A stretch of 64,000 nucleotides of DNA from Felis catus. Lineage: Eukaryota. The translations under genes and the position numbers were made by a program. Of this stretch, positions 40,801 through 53,259 are shown in pieces (the first letter of the stretch is position 1; each line of letters begins with the position of its first letter). The stretch spans positions 1,364,001 to 1,428,000 of the forward strand of contig NC_058383.1 of assembly GCF_018350175.1 (NCBI RefSeq). The letters run 5' to 3'. The notes below the pieces were generated by a model that was given only the letters and a program-made list of their open reading frames with translations, did no database searches and was not told the DNA's origin.

Positions 40801-43800
40801 CCTGGGGTGACTGGACTGGGGCCGCTGGCAGCCAAGGGTCCTGGGGGCTCGGGCCTTTGTGCCACTCGTGTGGGAGCTGGGAGAAGTGGGGCAGCGGCGG
40901 GGCCTCTGCGGCCCTATCACTTTGGCTGCGTAAGGGACCTACTAGCCGGGGCCCCGAGCCGATTCTCCCTCCCTCTGGGCCCCGGGGGGATGGGGGCGGC
41001 GGGTCCTTCCAGCTCTCATTCCGGGCCCCCTTACACGCTTGGGTGAGCAGGGAGGCTCCGGGACGCTGGCTCCTGACCTGGGCCAGGGCCCTGGGTCAGA
41101 CGCACCGGGGTGGGACCCTGATGCGCCGCTCTCTGTGTCCGTGACCTTGGGCAGACCCTGGTTCTCTCTGAACCTCGGTTCCCTCTGTGTTTGGAGCCCC
41201 CGCGTGCCCCGGGCTCCCTGCCTCCTGTTTCTCTTGGAGGTGGCCACAGGCCGCTGGAGCCCAAGACAGCCCAGGACGGCCGTCTCAGTCCTGCTGTCCT
41301 GCTAGCCAGGTCACCTGCCGTAGGCTTCTCTCGTCATCTGGGCCAATCAGCCCCGGGGGACCCCAGCGTGGGATCTAGGGGCCTCCCTCCCTTCCTCTGG
41401 GGCTCCCCCGTCCTTCCTGCGCATTCCCGGGCGGCCCCCTCCTCTGTGCCGCCTCCGTCCCCAGAGAGAAGCTGTGTGTGCCCAGGGCCTGCCTGTACCT
41501 GCCTGTTGCCCCAGAGGTAGCTGGCTGTCCTGGGTGTGTACCTGGAGGCCCTCCTCCGTCTCTATGCGGGGCTGGGGTGGGGTGCTGGCCTGAGGACCCT
41601 TTCTGGCTACGAGGTGGCATCCTGGGGCCTGCCCTGGCCCTGTCCTCTTGAGGGGAGAAGGAGTGGGGCACAGACGCTGGGACTCCCAGAATTTCAAGGT
41701 GTGGGCGTTTTTCTCTGAGAGCCCCTGCCCCACTGGAGTGAATGGGACCCCGGCCTGGACCCCTCACCCCTCCCGTGAACTGGGGCCCACAGCTCACCTC
41801 CATGGTGGCTCCTTCGGCTGTCCGGCCGGGCCCCTCGAGCAGCTCGGCGGCGGGGCCCCAGGCCGGGGAGGGGTGGCCGGGATGTCCAGCCCCACGGTGA
41901 GGCCTCCGGACCTCCGCGGTTCCTCCTCACGGCAGCCAGGGTCGGTCTGAGACGCTGTTGCTTCTGGGGAAGTCCTGGCCTTTCCCTGGACCCAGAAAAC
42001 TCCTCCTTGCTGCCTGCCACCTTGCCGGACCGGCCCTGCCTGCTGGGATGCCGCCCGGGGCCACACCCTCTGCCCTGCCCTGCCACCGTCCAGCGGGGGC
42101 CACAAGCTGGTCTCAGGGTCCCTGCCATCTGGGTGTGGATCTCGTCGGGACCACTGACCCCCGTGGCTGCATCGCTAGTCTGTGTGGGCGGGAGTCTGAC
42201 GCCCACCTCCTCTGGTGCAGCGAGGGTTAAATGGGGCGATGCTGTGGCCCCAGTCCCACTGGCTTCACCTGCACAGCCCTGAGCCTTGGTCTTCCCGGCT
42301 GCGAAGGGGGCTCAGGGGTCCGTGTGCTCCCAGGTCGTGTGCGGGTTGAGCGTGGGGCCTGCACAGCCCGGGAGCCGGCGCAGCCTGGGACTTCCTGTGG
42401 TTTCTCGGAGACCTCTGTTTCTCTCAGCGTCTCTCCCCCTCCCCTCCTTCCAGCTGCCTCCCTACTTTGGCCCGCCAGATCGCAAGGCCCAGGAATCGAG
42501 GTGGCCTGCGGGGTCCCCACCTGCCTTCACAACGGGTGGGCTCCTGTCCCTGAGCAGCCCAGCGCAGGGGTCCCAGCGCGCCTCCTCTAGAGACGTGGAC
42601 CCCTAAGACTATCGGGCGCCGGCTCTCTGGCCTCTGGCCTGGGCTTCCTGGGGCCCACGGAGACACGGTCCCCATCAAAATGTCCCCAGACGTGGGCTTC
42701 CTCCCGAAAGCCCCCCCTCCCCGCACCCCGTCCCCGGGGCTTCGGGGCCTCCCATCCTGTCACAGACCTCAGGGATTGATGCGTCCTCGCTTCCCACGAG
42801 CCAGTCCTCACCCCCCGCGACCGCGTCTGCGTGCTTCCTGTTGGGATGTGCACTAGCAGACCGCGGCGCAGAGCGCCTCCCTGCCGTCGTCCCCTGGGCA
42901 CTCAGGGCCCTCGGATTTCACTCATCCATGGGCATTGTCTTGGCCACTTACCCGCGTGCCCCCCTCCTGGTTTCCAACTTCACTGCAGGGCGTTAACGGA
43001 AGAGCCGGTCCCGCGAGCAGCGTCTGATGCCCCCGGTTAGTTGTCCTACCTGGTTTAGGGGGGACCGGGGCTCTGTCAAAGCCCTGGATAAGCAGCTTGG
43101 GGTGACAGCAGACAGCGGCGGCCCTCCCTGGCTTCTCTTGACCCCCAAGGGCACCTGCCGGCCCTTGGCTCGGAGCTGGAACCACGCCCCCACATCCTCT
43201 AAGGAACAGGGGGGGCGTGTGAGGGAGGGGCCCGGGGGTCTCCATGTGCAGCTCAGTGGCGCTGGGCCGGCCAGATCGCGCCCTGTCGACCAAGGGCACG
43301 GCCTTGACAAAGGAGCCTCGTCTGGCAGTCTGGGCTGCAGGGGCTGGCAAACTGGCCCGAAACGAAGATCATGATTCACGCTGGGCCACGAATCACTGCA
43401 AGGCCGAACTGCAGTCTGACCTCTGGATAAGTGACACCCGCGTCCACGTCCGCGGAGCACACAGCCCCGCCTGCGGAAACCGAGGCTTCGCGGTCTCTGG
43501 CGAGTGCGTCCCTCTCCCCCAGAGTCGTCGCAGCCGGGAGGGCGCGGCCGCGGCAAAGGGCAGAGTCCCGAGCCTGCATTTGCGCCGCAGGGCGGCTTCC
43601 GGGCCGGGAGCCTCGAGTGTCGGTCTGTGTTTTACGAGCTTCGGGCCGCTGTCGATGACTTGAGGAAGGTGCTGGGGGCCTGGTTTCCATTACACGTCCA
43701 CCGTCCAGGTGGGCGGCAGAGGGCCGGCCCCGCCCCGTGTCCCCAGCCCGCGTCCGCCAGCGCGCCCCTGCCTCTTCTCAGGGCGGCCACGTGACTCCGC

Positions 43801-45652
43801 CTCGGTTTCCCCCTCTGGCACACGTGGGTGGCCGGGGTGGCGACCTCCCTCCAGTCTGAGTGAGGGCCGAGAAGGGTGGGCCCCAGAGCCTGGCCACGGT
43901 GCCAAGCAGCACGTGTGTGAGTCCCGTTGCTGTGCATTTAGGGACCAAACAGAAAGCCAGAGGCTGTGGATCCGAAACCCGGGCTCAGACGGGACCCTAC
44001 CCAAGCCTCAGGTTCCCTGCTTGTTACACGGGAGAAGTCATGACTGCACAGGGCAGACGCTGGTCCGAAGTGTTGACCTGAGGACACCAGGCCTCTGCTC
44101 CTGCTCTGGGGGGGCTGCCTCTCCGGGGGCCAGCTCCTCCCCTCCCACCTAAGGTCTCCCATGCCCGCCCCCCGGGCTTCCTCGCCCTGGCCATGACATT
44201 ACTGCCCACCCGTCAGGACACACGAGTCACCTTGGGGGTCCTCGTATGTGTGGAGATCCCTTCCCTTCTCCGGTCGGCTCCTGTGTCCTTAGAACCTGTG
44301 CCGGTCCCGGTCCCCCAAGCGGCCCACCAAGTGCGGTTTGGTGTGCAGGATCTTACCGGGGAAGGCCAGTGTGAAAGCAGGAAGGGTGGGAGCGGTCAGG
44401 CTGGGGACACGGCTGCCCGAGACCAGGAGGGGGGGCAAAGCCGGCCGCAAAGGAGTCCCGTGTCTCCCAGGATGGGCCTGCCTCAGTTCCCCCCCGTGTC
44501 CCTGACAGGTGCAGGCACCAGGAGGGGGCGGCGGGACCTTGGTCACTCAGGCTCCCCGTAGCAGCAGGTGAGTGAAGCGCCTTCCCCGCTTAGGAGTCGG
44601 TGCCGCCTCCAGGAAGTCTGGTCGGATTCCCTCGGCCAGTCTGTGCCCTGCACGGGCGGCGTCTGCCGAGGGAAAGAGCCCTCGAGGTTTCCCTCTGCCC
44701 CACCCTCGGCAAACTCACGCTGGTCCGGAGGCTTCGGCCCCGTCTTTCCACTGCCCGCCCTGGAGGGTTTCTCAGGTTAAGACTCCCTGTTTCAGAACCG
44801 CCCCCCCAGCCCAGGAGGCCATCCTGGGCGCACGGGGATCCCCGCTGGTTCCTGCCTGCAGATCCTGAGCCCCCGCTCGCTCTCCCACGGGCTTCTAGCT
44901 TGTGGGACAGACTCACGTGGCAGAACATCTAGCCTGCCAGCTTCTGGTGTGGCCAGTGACGTGCCCTCGTGGCCGGAGGGGGACGAGGGGAGCCCCGCGG
45001 GTCCCAGGCTGCCCTCCCAGAGGCCCAGCCGCACAAAGGCCCCACCCCGTAGCTCCACCCGCCTGTGGAGGTGTTTCCTGGGATGATTTCCAAAAGGCAA
45101 ACCCGCCTGACTCAAGCCCCGAGGCCTCAGAGGCCTCAGCATTCAGCAGCAGAGGCCCCTGCCATCGGCCCCCTCCCCACCCTCGGGCTCTGCCAGCCCC
45201 AACGCCCTGGGGCCCGGGCTCAGCCGTCCCACGCTGGACTTCTGTTTCCTGGCCTTTGCGCGCCCTTCCCCCAGCATTCAGGATTCCCTCCCTGGGCACT
45301 CAGCGGGCCCGCGGCCCTACCGTGGCTGGCCCCAGGCCCGTGGGGCGACATGAACAGCTCCCCGGCTCCTGAGGCTGGGGTCTGTGCCCCACACCCTCGC
45401 AGCGACTGCCACCCAGCAGGACCGTGGGGAGTGTTCGCGGAAGGGAAGTTAACGGCTGCCCAGCAACGCGAACGCGCTCGGCGAAGTCAGAGGAAGAGGA
45501 GTGGGGTGAGCGTGTGCAGAGCGTGAAGTACACTGTGTTTCCTGCCGAACGAGGCTTCCTCCCGCCGGACGCACCCGGAACCGAACTCGCGCCATGTGAC
45601 TGAAACTTCCCAGTCCTGCTAAGAAGGATGGTGAAGTCACTGAGGGTACGCG

Positions 45653-45664
45653 TTTATTTTTATT
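45653..45664 (-). terminator. PSMG3: PSMG3 polyadenylation signal (two adjacent AATAAA hexamers)
   Basis: Plus-strand TTTATT at 45653-45658 and 45659-45664, ~335 nt downstream of the stop codon. Confidence 0.75.
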
Positions 45665-45997
45665 AGAAACAGCCGTCCTCCAACAGTTGCCCCCGCGAGT
45701 GGAGGACCAGGACTCTTACCTGCTGACTCCTCTTTGGCCTCTCAAATAAATGCCACTACCCGGACCCTGCTGAGAACCATTCGCAAGCCCCCCAAGACAC
45801 GTTGCACGGCTGTGCTCCCACTGGACCGCGGGTAACTCAGCGACCCAACCAACCAAGAGTCCGCCTGAGGTGTGCGTATTTCTTCCGGCTCTGGGGACCC
45901 AGGCCAGACAGTTCCTCCTGCGGACCGGCCAGGGGAGGGCCTCCGAATCGAGAGCGTGTCGGGGTCTCCCTTTGGCCGCGCCGAGGAGCGGGCGTGG

Positions 45998-46150
45998 TCA
46001 CCACACCTGGCAGGCCTGGATCACCTCCTTCAGGGCCTTCAGCCCCTCCACACTCCTGTCCTTCATGGCCATGGCCAGGAGCACCGCTCTGTTTCCCGCT
46101 TCTTGAGACACAAACGCCACCAGGTTCTTTGCAAAGACGTGGATGAGAGG
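45998..46150 (-). CDS. PSMG3: PSMG3 coding exon 2
   Basis: cag|CCT; PLIHVFAKNLVAFVSQEAGNRAVLLAMAMKDRSVEGLKALKEVIQACQVW*. Confidence 0.96.
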   Translation of the reverse strand, partial: PLIHVFAKNLVAFVSQEAGNRAVLLAMAMKDRSVEGLKALKEVIQACQVW

Positions 46151-46722
46151 CTGGTGAAGGAACGACAGAAACCATCTGAACCACAAGTCTCTTTTCCCGT
46201 AGGAACCCACCTGGCTTCTGCACCAGCCTCGGACCCCCACCCGGTGTGATGCGGCAGCAGTTCAGGGTTCAAGGAGGCTCCAGAACATTCCGGTCTTACA
46301 CAAAATGCTAAACACGCACCATTATACTTATTTTCTCGGTGCCTTCTGATGCCCGGGTCCCTGCTGGCTGTCTCTAATCTAGGACTCCCAAAAGACGAGT
46401 CTGCCGGGCTAGGGGGCGGGGGTCTGTCCAATCTGCCAGGCCATCTTTCAGACCGAACAGGGACAGCCACTCGCTCCTCCAGGCCGCGGTGACAGGGTCA
46501 AGATGAAGGCGAGGCACCCGCACTACAAAATCAGTGTCTCTGCTTGTCTGCTGGATAAAGTCCCAACGGGCTGGGAAAGGCAGCCACCAAGCACGGGCAC
46601 CAGGAAAGGCTGTCGCTGCTGGGGAAGGGGGTCAAGGGGGGCTTGCCTACTGACAAAATGGAGCCACAGACGCGGTTCCCGCTCCCCCGCCCAGCGTGGG
46701 GACCCCTTCCCGGCCACTATAC

Positions 46723-46938
46723 CTCGTCCTGCCCCAGAAGGACTCTAGTGGTGAGCACCGGCTTGCCGATGTCACCGGCCACGTCGCTGGGTTCCAGGGA
46801 GACCAGGGTGCCCATCTTCCCGAACTGGGTCACCAGCACCAGGATGTGACTGCTGAAGGCCGTGCACACCACCTGGGTGGGGACCCCGCACACCACTTCC
46901 GTCCTCTGTCGGGACATCAGCAGAGGTTTGCCTTCCAT
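46723..46938 (-). CDS. PSMG3: PSMG3 (proteasome assembly chaperone 3) coding exon 1; full CDS complement(join(45998..46150,46723..46938)), 122 aa
   Basis: Kozak ccgccATGG; MEGKPLLMSRQRTEVVCGVPTQVVCTAFSSHILVLVTQFGKMGTLVSLEP...VLTTRVLLGQDE; donor GAG|gtatag. Confidence 0.96.
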
Positions 46939-46979
46939 GGCGGGGTCTCCTCCGGGGCACTTCTACGTTCGAACGGATA

Positions 46980-47700
46980 AGTGAATCAGACCGCGTCCCC
47001 GCGGCCCGCCGACGGCCGCGCGCACGCGCCCTGGCAGGCGAAGGTCCGCGCGGCCACCGGCTTCCCCTGGAGCCGGGGCGCCGCCCGCAGACGCACACGG
47101 GCAGGCGGCGGGCGAGGACCGGCGCCGCAACCGGGCTCGAGCAGGGGACCGCGCTCCCGCCGACCCGTCCCACCCGCCGTGCCGCCCGCGCTCACCGCGC
47201 CGCGCCCGGAAGTGACGCCCGCGGGCGACGGAGTGGGGGGGGGGGGCGGCGGCCACCCGATCGCCCCCGCGCCCCCGCCGGAAGTGCGGCTGCGGGCTTC
47301 CGGTTCCGCCCTCCCGAGAGGGGCCGCGTGTTCCAGGCAGGGGGCTGCGCGTCCTCGGCCGTCCCGGGGGAGCCCTGCGGCTCGGCGGTCGGGGCTCGCC
47401 TGGCTGTGGGCTGCGGGACCCGCGTGGCGGCCGGGGACGGGGCAGGGTGGGGGGGCTGTGGGAGAGGAGCCGACGCCGAGAGCGGGCCGTCAGGGCCCCG
47501 AGTGTGGCCCGCGGGCGTCCCGGTCCCGAGCCGGGGCGTCCTGCTGACCCTGGCCGGGCGGGGCGGCGCGGAAGCCCCTCGGCGAGGCCCGGGTCAGGGT
47601 GGGGGCGCCGCAGAGGCGGTCGGCGGGGTCGGGAGGGTGTTCAGCGGGGGGGGGGGGGGGGGGCGGCGTTCAGCGGGGGCGGTCTCCGGGGATGGAGCGG
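46980..47700. promoter_or_regulatory. CpG island / PSMG3 promoter with candidate non-coding first exon ending at 47196
   Basis: CpG-dense; ETS motifs CCGGAAGTG at 47206-47214 and 47278-47286 and CTTCCGG at 47297-47303; minus-strand donor GCG|gtgagc at 47196/47195 and acceptor cgtag|A at 46962. Confidence 0.8.
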
Positions 47701-50033
47701 ACCCTCCACCCCACTGTCAGGGGGTCCCCAGCCCTCCGGGGATGCTGGCGGCCCATCAGAGGCCCATCTGCCCCCCACTCCCCTAGGCCAGCCTCCATGA
47801 GGCCGCAGTGGGTGCCGGGCATTGTGCTAAGTGCTGCCTGTGCAGTAACTCCGGAGTCTTAGCGCCACGAGGTAGAGCGCTCTCATCCCTGTCGCGTAAG
47901 CGGGCTGTTCTGGTTCGGGGAACTTACCCGAGGCCGCGGTCGGAGAGCCTGTAAGGCCTGGATCACCCTTGAGTACTGGTCTCAGGGCTCGAATGCCCGG
48001 GTATAGGGGAAGAGGAGGGACCAGTGTGGCCCCTGTGGCCCGATGAATTCTGGCCCCTCCCCAGGATCTCTGAGAGCCCCCCCCCCGCCCCCCCTCTTTT
48101 TCCCCAAGCTGGAAGTTTTCTTGGCAGGGTGGGGGAGTCGCGCACTGATCGGTACTGCAGTGGTTCGATTCGAGCCTCGAGACTTTTTCTCAGGGGACTA
48201 ACGTGGCTTCAGAACCCCATACTCACTGTCCAGTGCCCTGCCGGCGGGGTCAGGGAGCGTGTCCCCTCCGTCTAGTGGGCCCACGTCACTGAGTCCCCTA
48301 GGAAATGTCAGCATCCCTCATCTTTCCCTTTTCTCCTGATTTGTTGACTCCTGTCCAATCCAGGTCAAGTCAAATGAAGCATGCACCTTGAAAACAACTT
48401 CTGGTGGCTTAAAAGAAAAAGCATGTATACAAAACGTTATCAAAATAGAAATAAACATCAAAAGGAAATCTGTTTTTGAGCTTTCTTGCAGCCAGGTCAC
48501 AGAGGGAAAGATTTTGACTTTCAAGGTTCGCACATTCCGAAAGGGGGAAGGATATCCGTTTCTCAGGAGAGTGTTTTTGTTGGGTCTAAATTTAAATGCA
48601 CGTTCACCCACGCACACCCCAAAAGCAAATCGCAGGGGCATTGCTTTGTCATGGGAGGCCTTCGAAAGGTCCATTCACCCATTCACTGTTATTCACCTGT
48701 TCATGCAGCCTCTCTCTGGACAAGTTTGGCAAATGGACACAAGTTTGACAAATGGACACAAGTTTGACATCCTCCCCCGCCCCCCTGCCGCGCAGGGGGA
48801 AAACCCAACTCCAAGTTCTCACCTTTATAAAAGATGTCAAAGAACAAAGTGTTAACACTGTTAAGCAAATGCTTAAGTGCTGGTCAGTTGGCTGTTTTTT
48901 TGGTCTGGATCTTGGATACGAACTGCGTATGAAATAAACGGAGGGGCCTCCTCGTGGCCCAAGTGGACGTGTGGGCAGGACTTCTGCACTAGGATAATGG
49001 GGGATGACCTCACTGCCTGCCGCTGAGTGTTCTCCGGTTTAAGGCGATAATTGAACTGGAAAGAAAGGTCCCTTAAGGGAGTTCACTTAAAACGAGAAGC
49101 AAGTAGTAATAGGGTCCATAATGGGGCAAAAGAGAATTTATCTTGAAAAATGGGGAAAGTGGGAAATATCTTGAATTTGTCTTCTCTTCAGGGAGTTTTA
49201 GGTTGTGAACGCAATTGTACGTTAATGTGTAGGACGAGCAAAGAATCCGTGTTGATTTGGCGGGGCCCTGCTTTTTCCAACTAATTGCTTGGTAGCGATG
49301 TTCCCAGCTCTGTTATGCAGAGGATCGGTTTGCCGTGCTGTGCAGGGGCCCATTCAATTTCCCCAAGAGCCTCTCCTGATCCTTCCGTAAGTCACTCCTT
49401 GTTGGAGTGCCGTCCTGTCCTGTCGCAGCCTCCAGGGCACCGCCAGGCCCTCCCGCACTTGCTGGCAGCTCTGGGAGCCATCAGAACCTCCCCTAGTATC
49501 CCATTCACGGGCTTTCTGGAATCTTGCGTTGTTCCTGAGATTTGCAACTGACTGTGCAGTTGACTTGCGCCGTCCGTCCACAGCTCCACAGCCGGGTTCC
49601 CAGGACTTTCAACGTCATGCGTGCGCGTGAGAGAGAGTTGGGGGAGACAGAGGGGTTCGGGAACCACACTGGGAGGGGTATTTAAGTGGAGCCCAGTTTT
49701 GTAAAGGGTCAATTCATCAGTGAAACTTTCTGCGTTAGGATGGTTCTGCTCCCTCCGCAGCCTGCCGGCACGAGGTCCTGAACCGTCCACGCTCAGGACC
49801 CCGGAACGGGCAAGACCTCGGGCCGCAGAGTCTGCCTCCTTGGCCCTTACTCACTTTGTGCTTTTGAGCAACTTTCCCTGTCCGCCTCAGTTTCTCAGCT
49901 TAAAAATGGAGCTGACACTTGCGCCTGCCTCCTAGGATTGAGCGAGGTTCGTGTGCACGGATCCCCTGGAGCTTTATGAAGTTAGCTATGACTTTATTTA
50001 TATATTTACGTATTATTTATCTCGTTTATTATT

Positions 50034-50250
50034 TAAAAAAAATTTTTTTAACGTTTATTTATTTTTGGGACAGAGAGAGACAGAGCATGAACGGGGGAGG
50101 GGCAGAGAGAGAGGGAGACAGAATCTGAAACAGGCTCCAGGCTCTGAGCTGTCAGCACAGAGCCCGACGCGGGGCTCGAACTCACGGACCGCGAGATCGT
50201 GACCTGAGCCGAAGTCGGACGCTTAACCGACCGAGCCACCCAGGCGCCCC
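50034..50250 (-). mobile_element. Can-SINE (Felis-type)
   Basis: TSD TCTCGTTTATTATT at 50020-50033 and 50251-50264. Confidence 0.93.
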
Positions 50251-50854
50251 TCTCGTTTATTATTAACCACCTGTTCTCCCATCCTTAAGTAAGCACCATC
50301 TCGCTGCTACATGCTGAGCGAGGAACAGCCTCAGTGCGCACCAGTCTTTGGGACTCAGAGGGCCTCTCGTTGGAGGTGAGATGCTTCTGGCCACCCTTGA
50401 ACCTGCGGGAGGCTCTCCAACCTGCTGCCCCCAGGGTCTGCCCGAGCAAGGGTCCCGCAGAGCCTCCGGGTTCTGGGGAGACGTGGTCACAGGTGGAGCC
50501 GTGTTATCGGTATAGATGACTGTTCCTCTCACGGTCTCGGCCAGTCTCCCACGAGGTCCCGGGGACGCAGAGGGCGGATGTGTGCGTTAGGATTCCTTCA
50601 GGCAGGTGGCAGACGCCATGTGAAACCGTCTCTTGCCCCCAAGGGGAACAGATGGGCTCCGTGGACGGCTCCGAGGCTGCCGTCCCTGCGTGCCAGTGAA
50701 ATCACCAGCCTGGCTCACGTGCCCGTCCTTGCACCAGTCACTGTTTGAAAAGCAGTTAATGTAAAAACAGCTCCCCGTGTGCTCGAGAGTTAGAAAATAC
50801 TTCCCAGCGATGCGCATCAAAGAAGAAATCATCTTGGAGATCGTGAAGCACCTA

Positions 50855-51050
50855 GAACCCGCCCCTGGAAACCACTCACCTACTTTGTGTTCCCGCAGAT
50901 TGGCCGGGTGGGACATTTCCCGCAAGGGGACTCGTACTCCACGTGGCCTTTCACAGCCGGCTCCTTTTGCCCAGCGCCGTGCTGTGAAGGCTCGTCCACG
51001 CGTGGCAGGGTTTCGTTCCTTCCAGACGTGCCAGTCATTGGGAGGGCGAA
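50855..51050 (-). mobile_element. Ancient L1M 3' UTR fragment, GC-shifted
   Basis: CCCCTGGAAACCACTCACCTACTTTGTG...GGACATTTC...AAGGCTCGTCCACGCGTGGCA parallels the recalled L1MB/MC consensus CCCCTGGCAACCACTAATCTACTTTCTG...GGACATTTC...AAGGTTCATCCATGTTGTAGCA. Confidence 0.6.
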
Positions 51051-53259
51051 ACGAGGCCCCATGGCAGGAGGGCCCGGGGCAGGGCCTGACACGCACAGGT
51101 GTGCAAGGTTTCCTTCCCTTCACGGATCACTGGAATCAGCTGGCGACACCACATCCACGGCACCTCACGTGGTCGGTGGCTCCGAGCCCTCCGCACTGCT
51201 GGTGCTTGGGGGGCGCTGACGGGGAAGGGTGGGACAGCGTTAGCCCATCTCCCCGGTCCCCTGACGCCTCCTGAGACAGGTCTGGGGATATCCACGCGGG
51301 CTTTGTCGACGCCGGGGCCGTGAGGCCCTCGTGCCACGATCCCGTCCCCGGAGAAAGGCCGAGGTGGCGGAGAAGCTGGCCGTGGCTTGTCAAGACACCA
51401 ACGTACAGGCACGTGGGCACCGCCACCTTCGAGGCTGTCTGCTGCCCTTTCTCCGTTTGGCGGCCTTGCAGCCACGGCTGGGGGCGCTCTGCCCCGTGGG
51501 CCCTGGCGTTCAACCCCAGCTTACCGCTGCCCTCTCGGTGCCCCAGCTGGGAGGCCCGACGGCGACCCGGGGCCGTTGCCGGTACGGCAGAGTGTCCCTA
51601 GCACGACGGTCACAGACACCCTTGAACAAACAGCACAGAAATAGAAGCGATTCTAATTAGGGCTCTCTATAAGACAGAAATTACCTTTAGCGGCACCCGG
51701 TTATCTAGAAAAACAATGAACAATTAATTTTTTCCAAAGCAGGATTATCCAAGTGGAGGCAGGATATAAGAAACATGCCGCTGAGGCCTTTGGAGAAAAA
51801 AAGATTAAAGGCAACCAATTGAAAATCGCATATATTTTATTACAAAAACAAAGCCCCGGGTCTGTGTGAAATTTAAATTTTTCCCAAGGGAAATTAATGA
51901 ATACCATTAAAACTGAGTCCAGTTTATAAGGATCCAGGGAGCGGTTCCTTTGGAAAGGGAATAAATCTTCTTCCCAGGGAGCATTTAAAGACCATTTCTG
52001 AAATGCCTGCAGCACAGGGTAAGAGGTAAAATCGCTATTTTCCTGCAGAGGCCGGTGGTGTTCCCTGTTGGGTGTAGCCTCGGCTCAGCCAGGGCCGGCA
52101 GGGGCTGTCTGGCCTAAGGAAGTCCCCAGCTTTGGAGTTTCGTGTCGAAGGGCATGTTTTTATTTAACACCGCACAGTAAACACAAAGAAAATCCCTTGT
52201 TTTTGGACCCGATGCCATCACGGCACAGAACCGAGAGTTCAGCACGTCGCTTTGTTTTCTGCCGAACTGGGTCGAGCTCAGATACCGCAACGTTTTCGTT
52301 CGAGGAGCAAGCCTTTCCGCCCTCATTAGAAATCCGGGAAACTGCCTCGCACTTACATGTTTGTTTAGTTCTTTAATAAATGAAACCTTAATCCGTGTAC
52401 AATTTCTGAAAGCCTTTCTTTCAATATTTTAAGAAGTTATTTCCCCTGGCGAAGACGCAGTCTCGTCGCCCCGCGTTGAACCCGCGGCCAATCTTGCCAG
52501 CGTGCACGGAGGCTCGTCCTGGCTCCCGCCAGTGCTGCGCGTCAGGGGGCCTGAAAACGTGCTTGTCGACTCGGATCAAGTTCAAGTTGGCGTGCGAAGC
52601 TTTGGATTGAGGGGCCCGGGTGGGCGCGGAGCGGGAGGGGGCAGAGGGGCGGGATGGAGCCAGGGAACTCGAGCCCTGCCCCGGGGCTCTGGCACTAACC
52701 TGTGGCCTTAGACAACTCCCTTCCCCTCCCTGGGCCTCCACCTAGAAACCCTCATCTGTTAAATGGGCAAATTGGCCAGGTGGCCCCCAGGTGCCTCCCA
52801 CCCACTCTTAGCTCACGCAGCACGGGGAGCGGGGAGGGTCCGCAGAGGAAGAGGCAGCCCAGAGGAGCACTGGCAGGGGGGGCCTGAGCCGATTCTGTCC
52901 CGGCAGGGACGGGGCAGGACGGGCTGGGAAGGCGGGAGGCGGCCTCGCTCTGCCCAGCTGTCCTGTGTCTGGGGGCTGTACCACGTGGAGGCTCCAAGAA
53001 GGCACATGGGTCACGGCTCGAGGACTTTCTGACCACTGGAGCTTTCCAGGAACGCCTGGGGCTCCCGTGGGCGGTGCTCGGTGTGCTTCCTTTGGAGGAA
53101 TTGAGACCAGGCGGTCACTGGGGCCGGGACTTGTGCCAGCGCTGTGTGCGTTCCTTTGGGAGGCTGGACTCGGCGTTCTGAGGATGTTTGCATCCAGGTG
53201 TCTGTGGTTTTGTATGTCCAAGCGGAACCGATCACCGCAGCGAGATATTACTAAGTCCT

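Noticed and set aside
48718..48769. 19 bp tandem duplication (CAAGTTTGACAAATGGACA x~2.5)
   Set aside because: Real but tiny local slippage with no supporting functional context.
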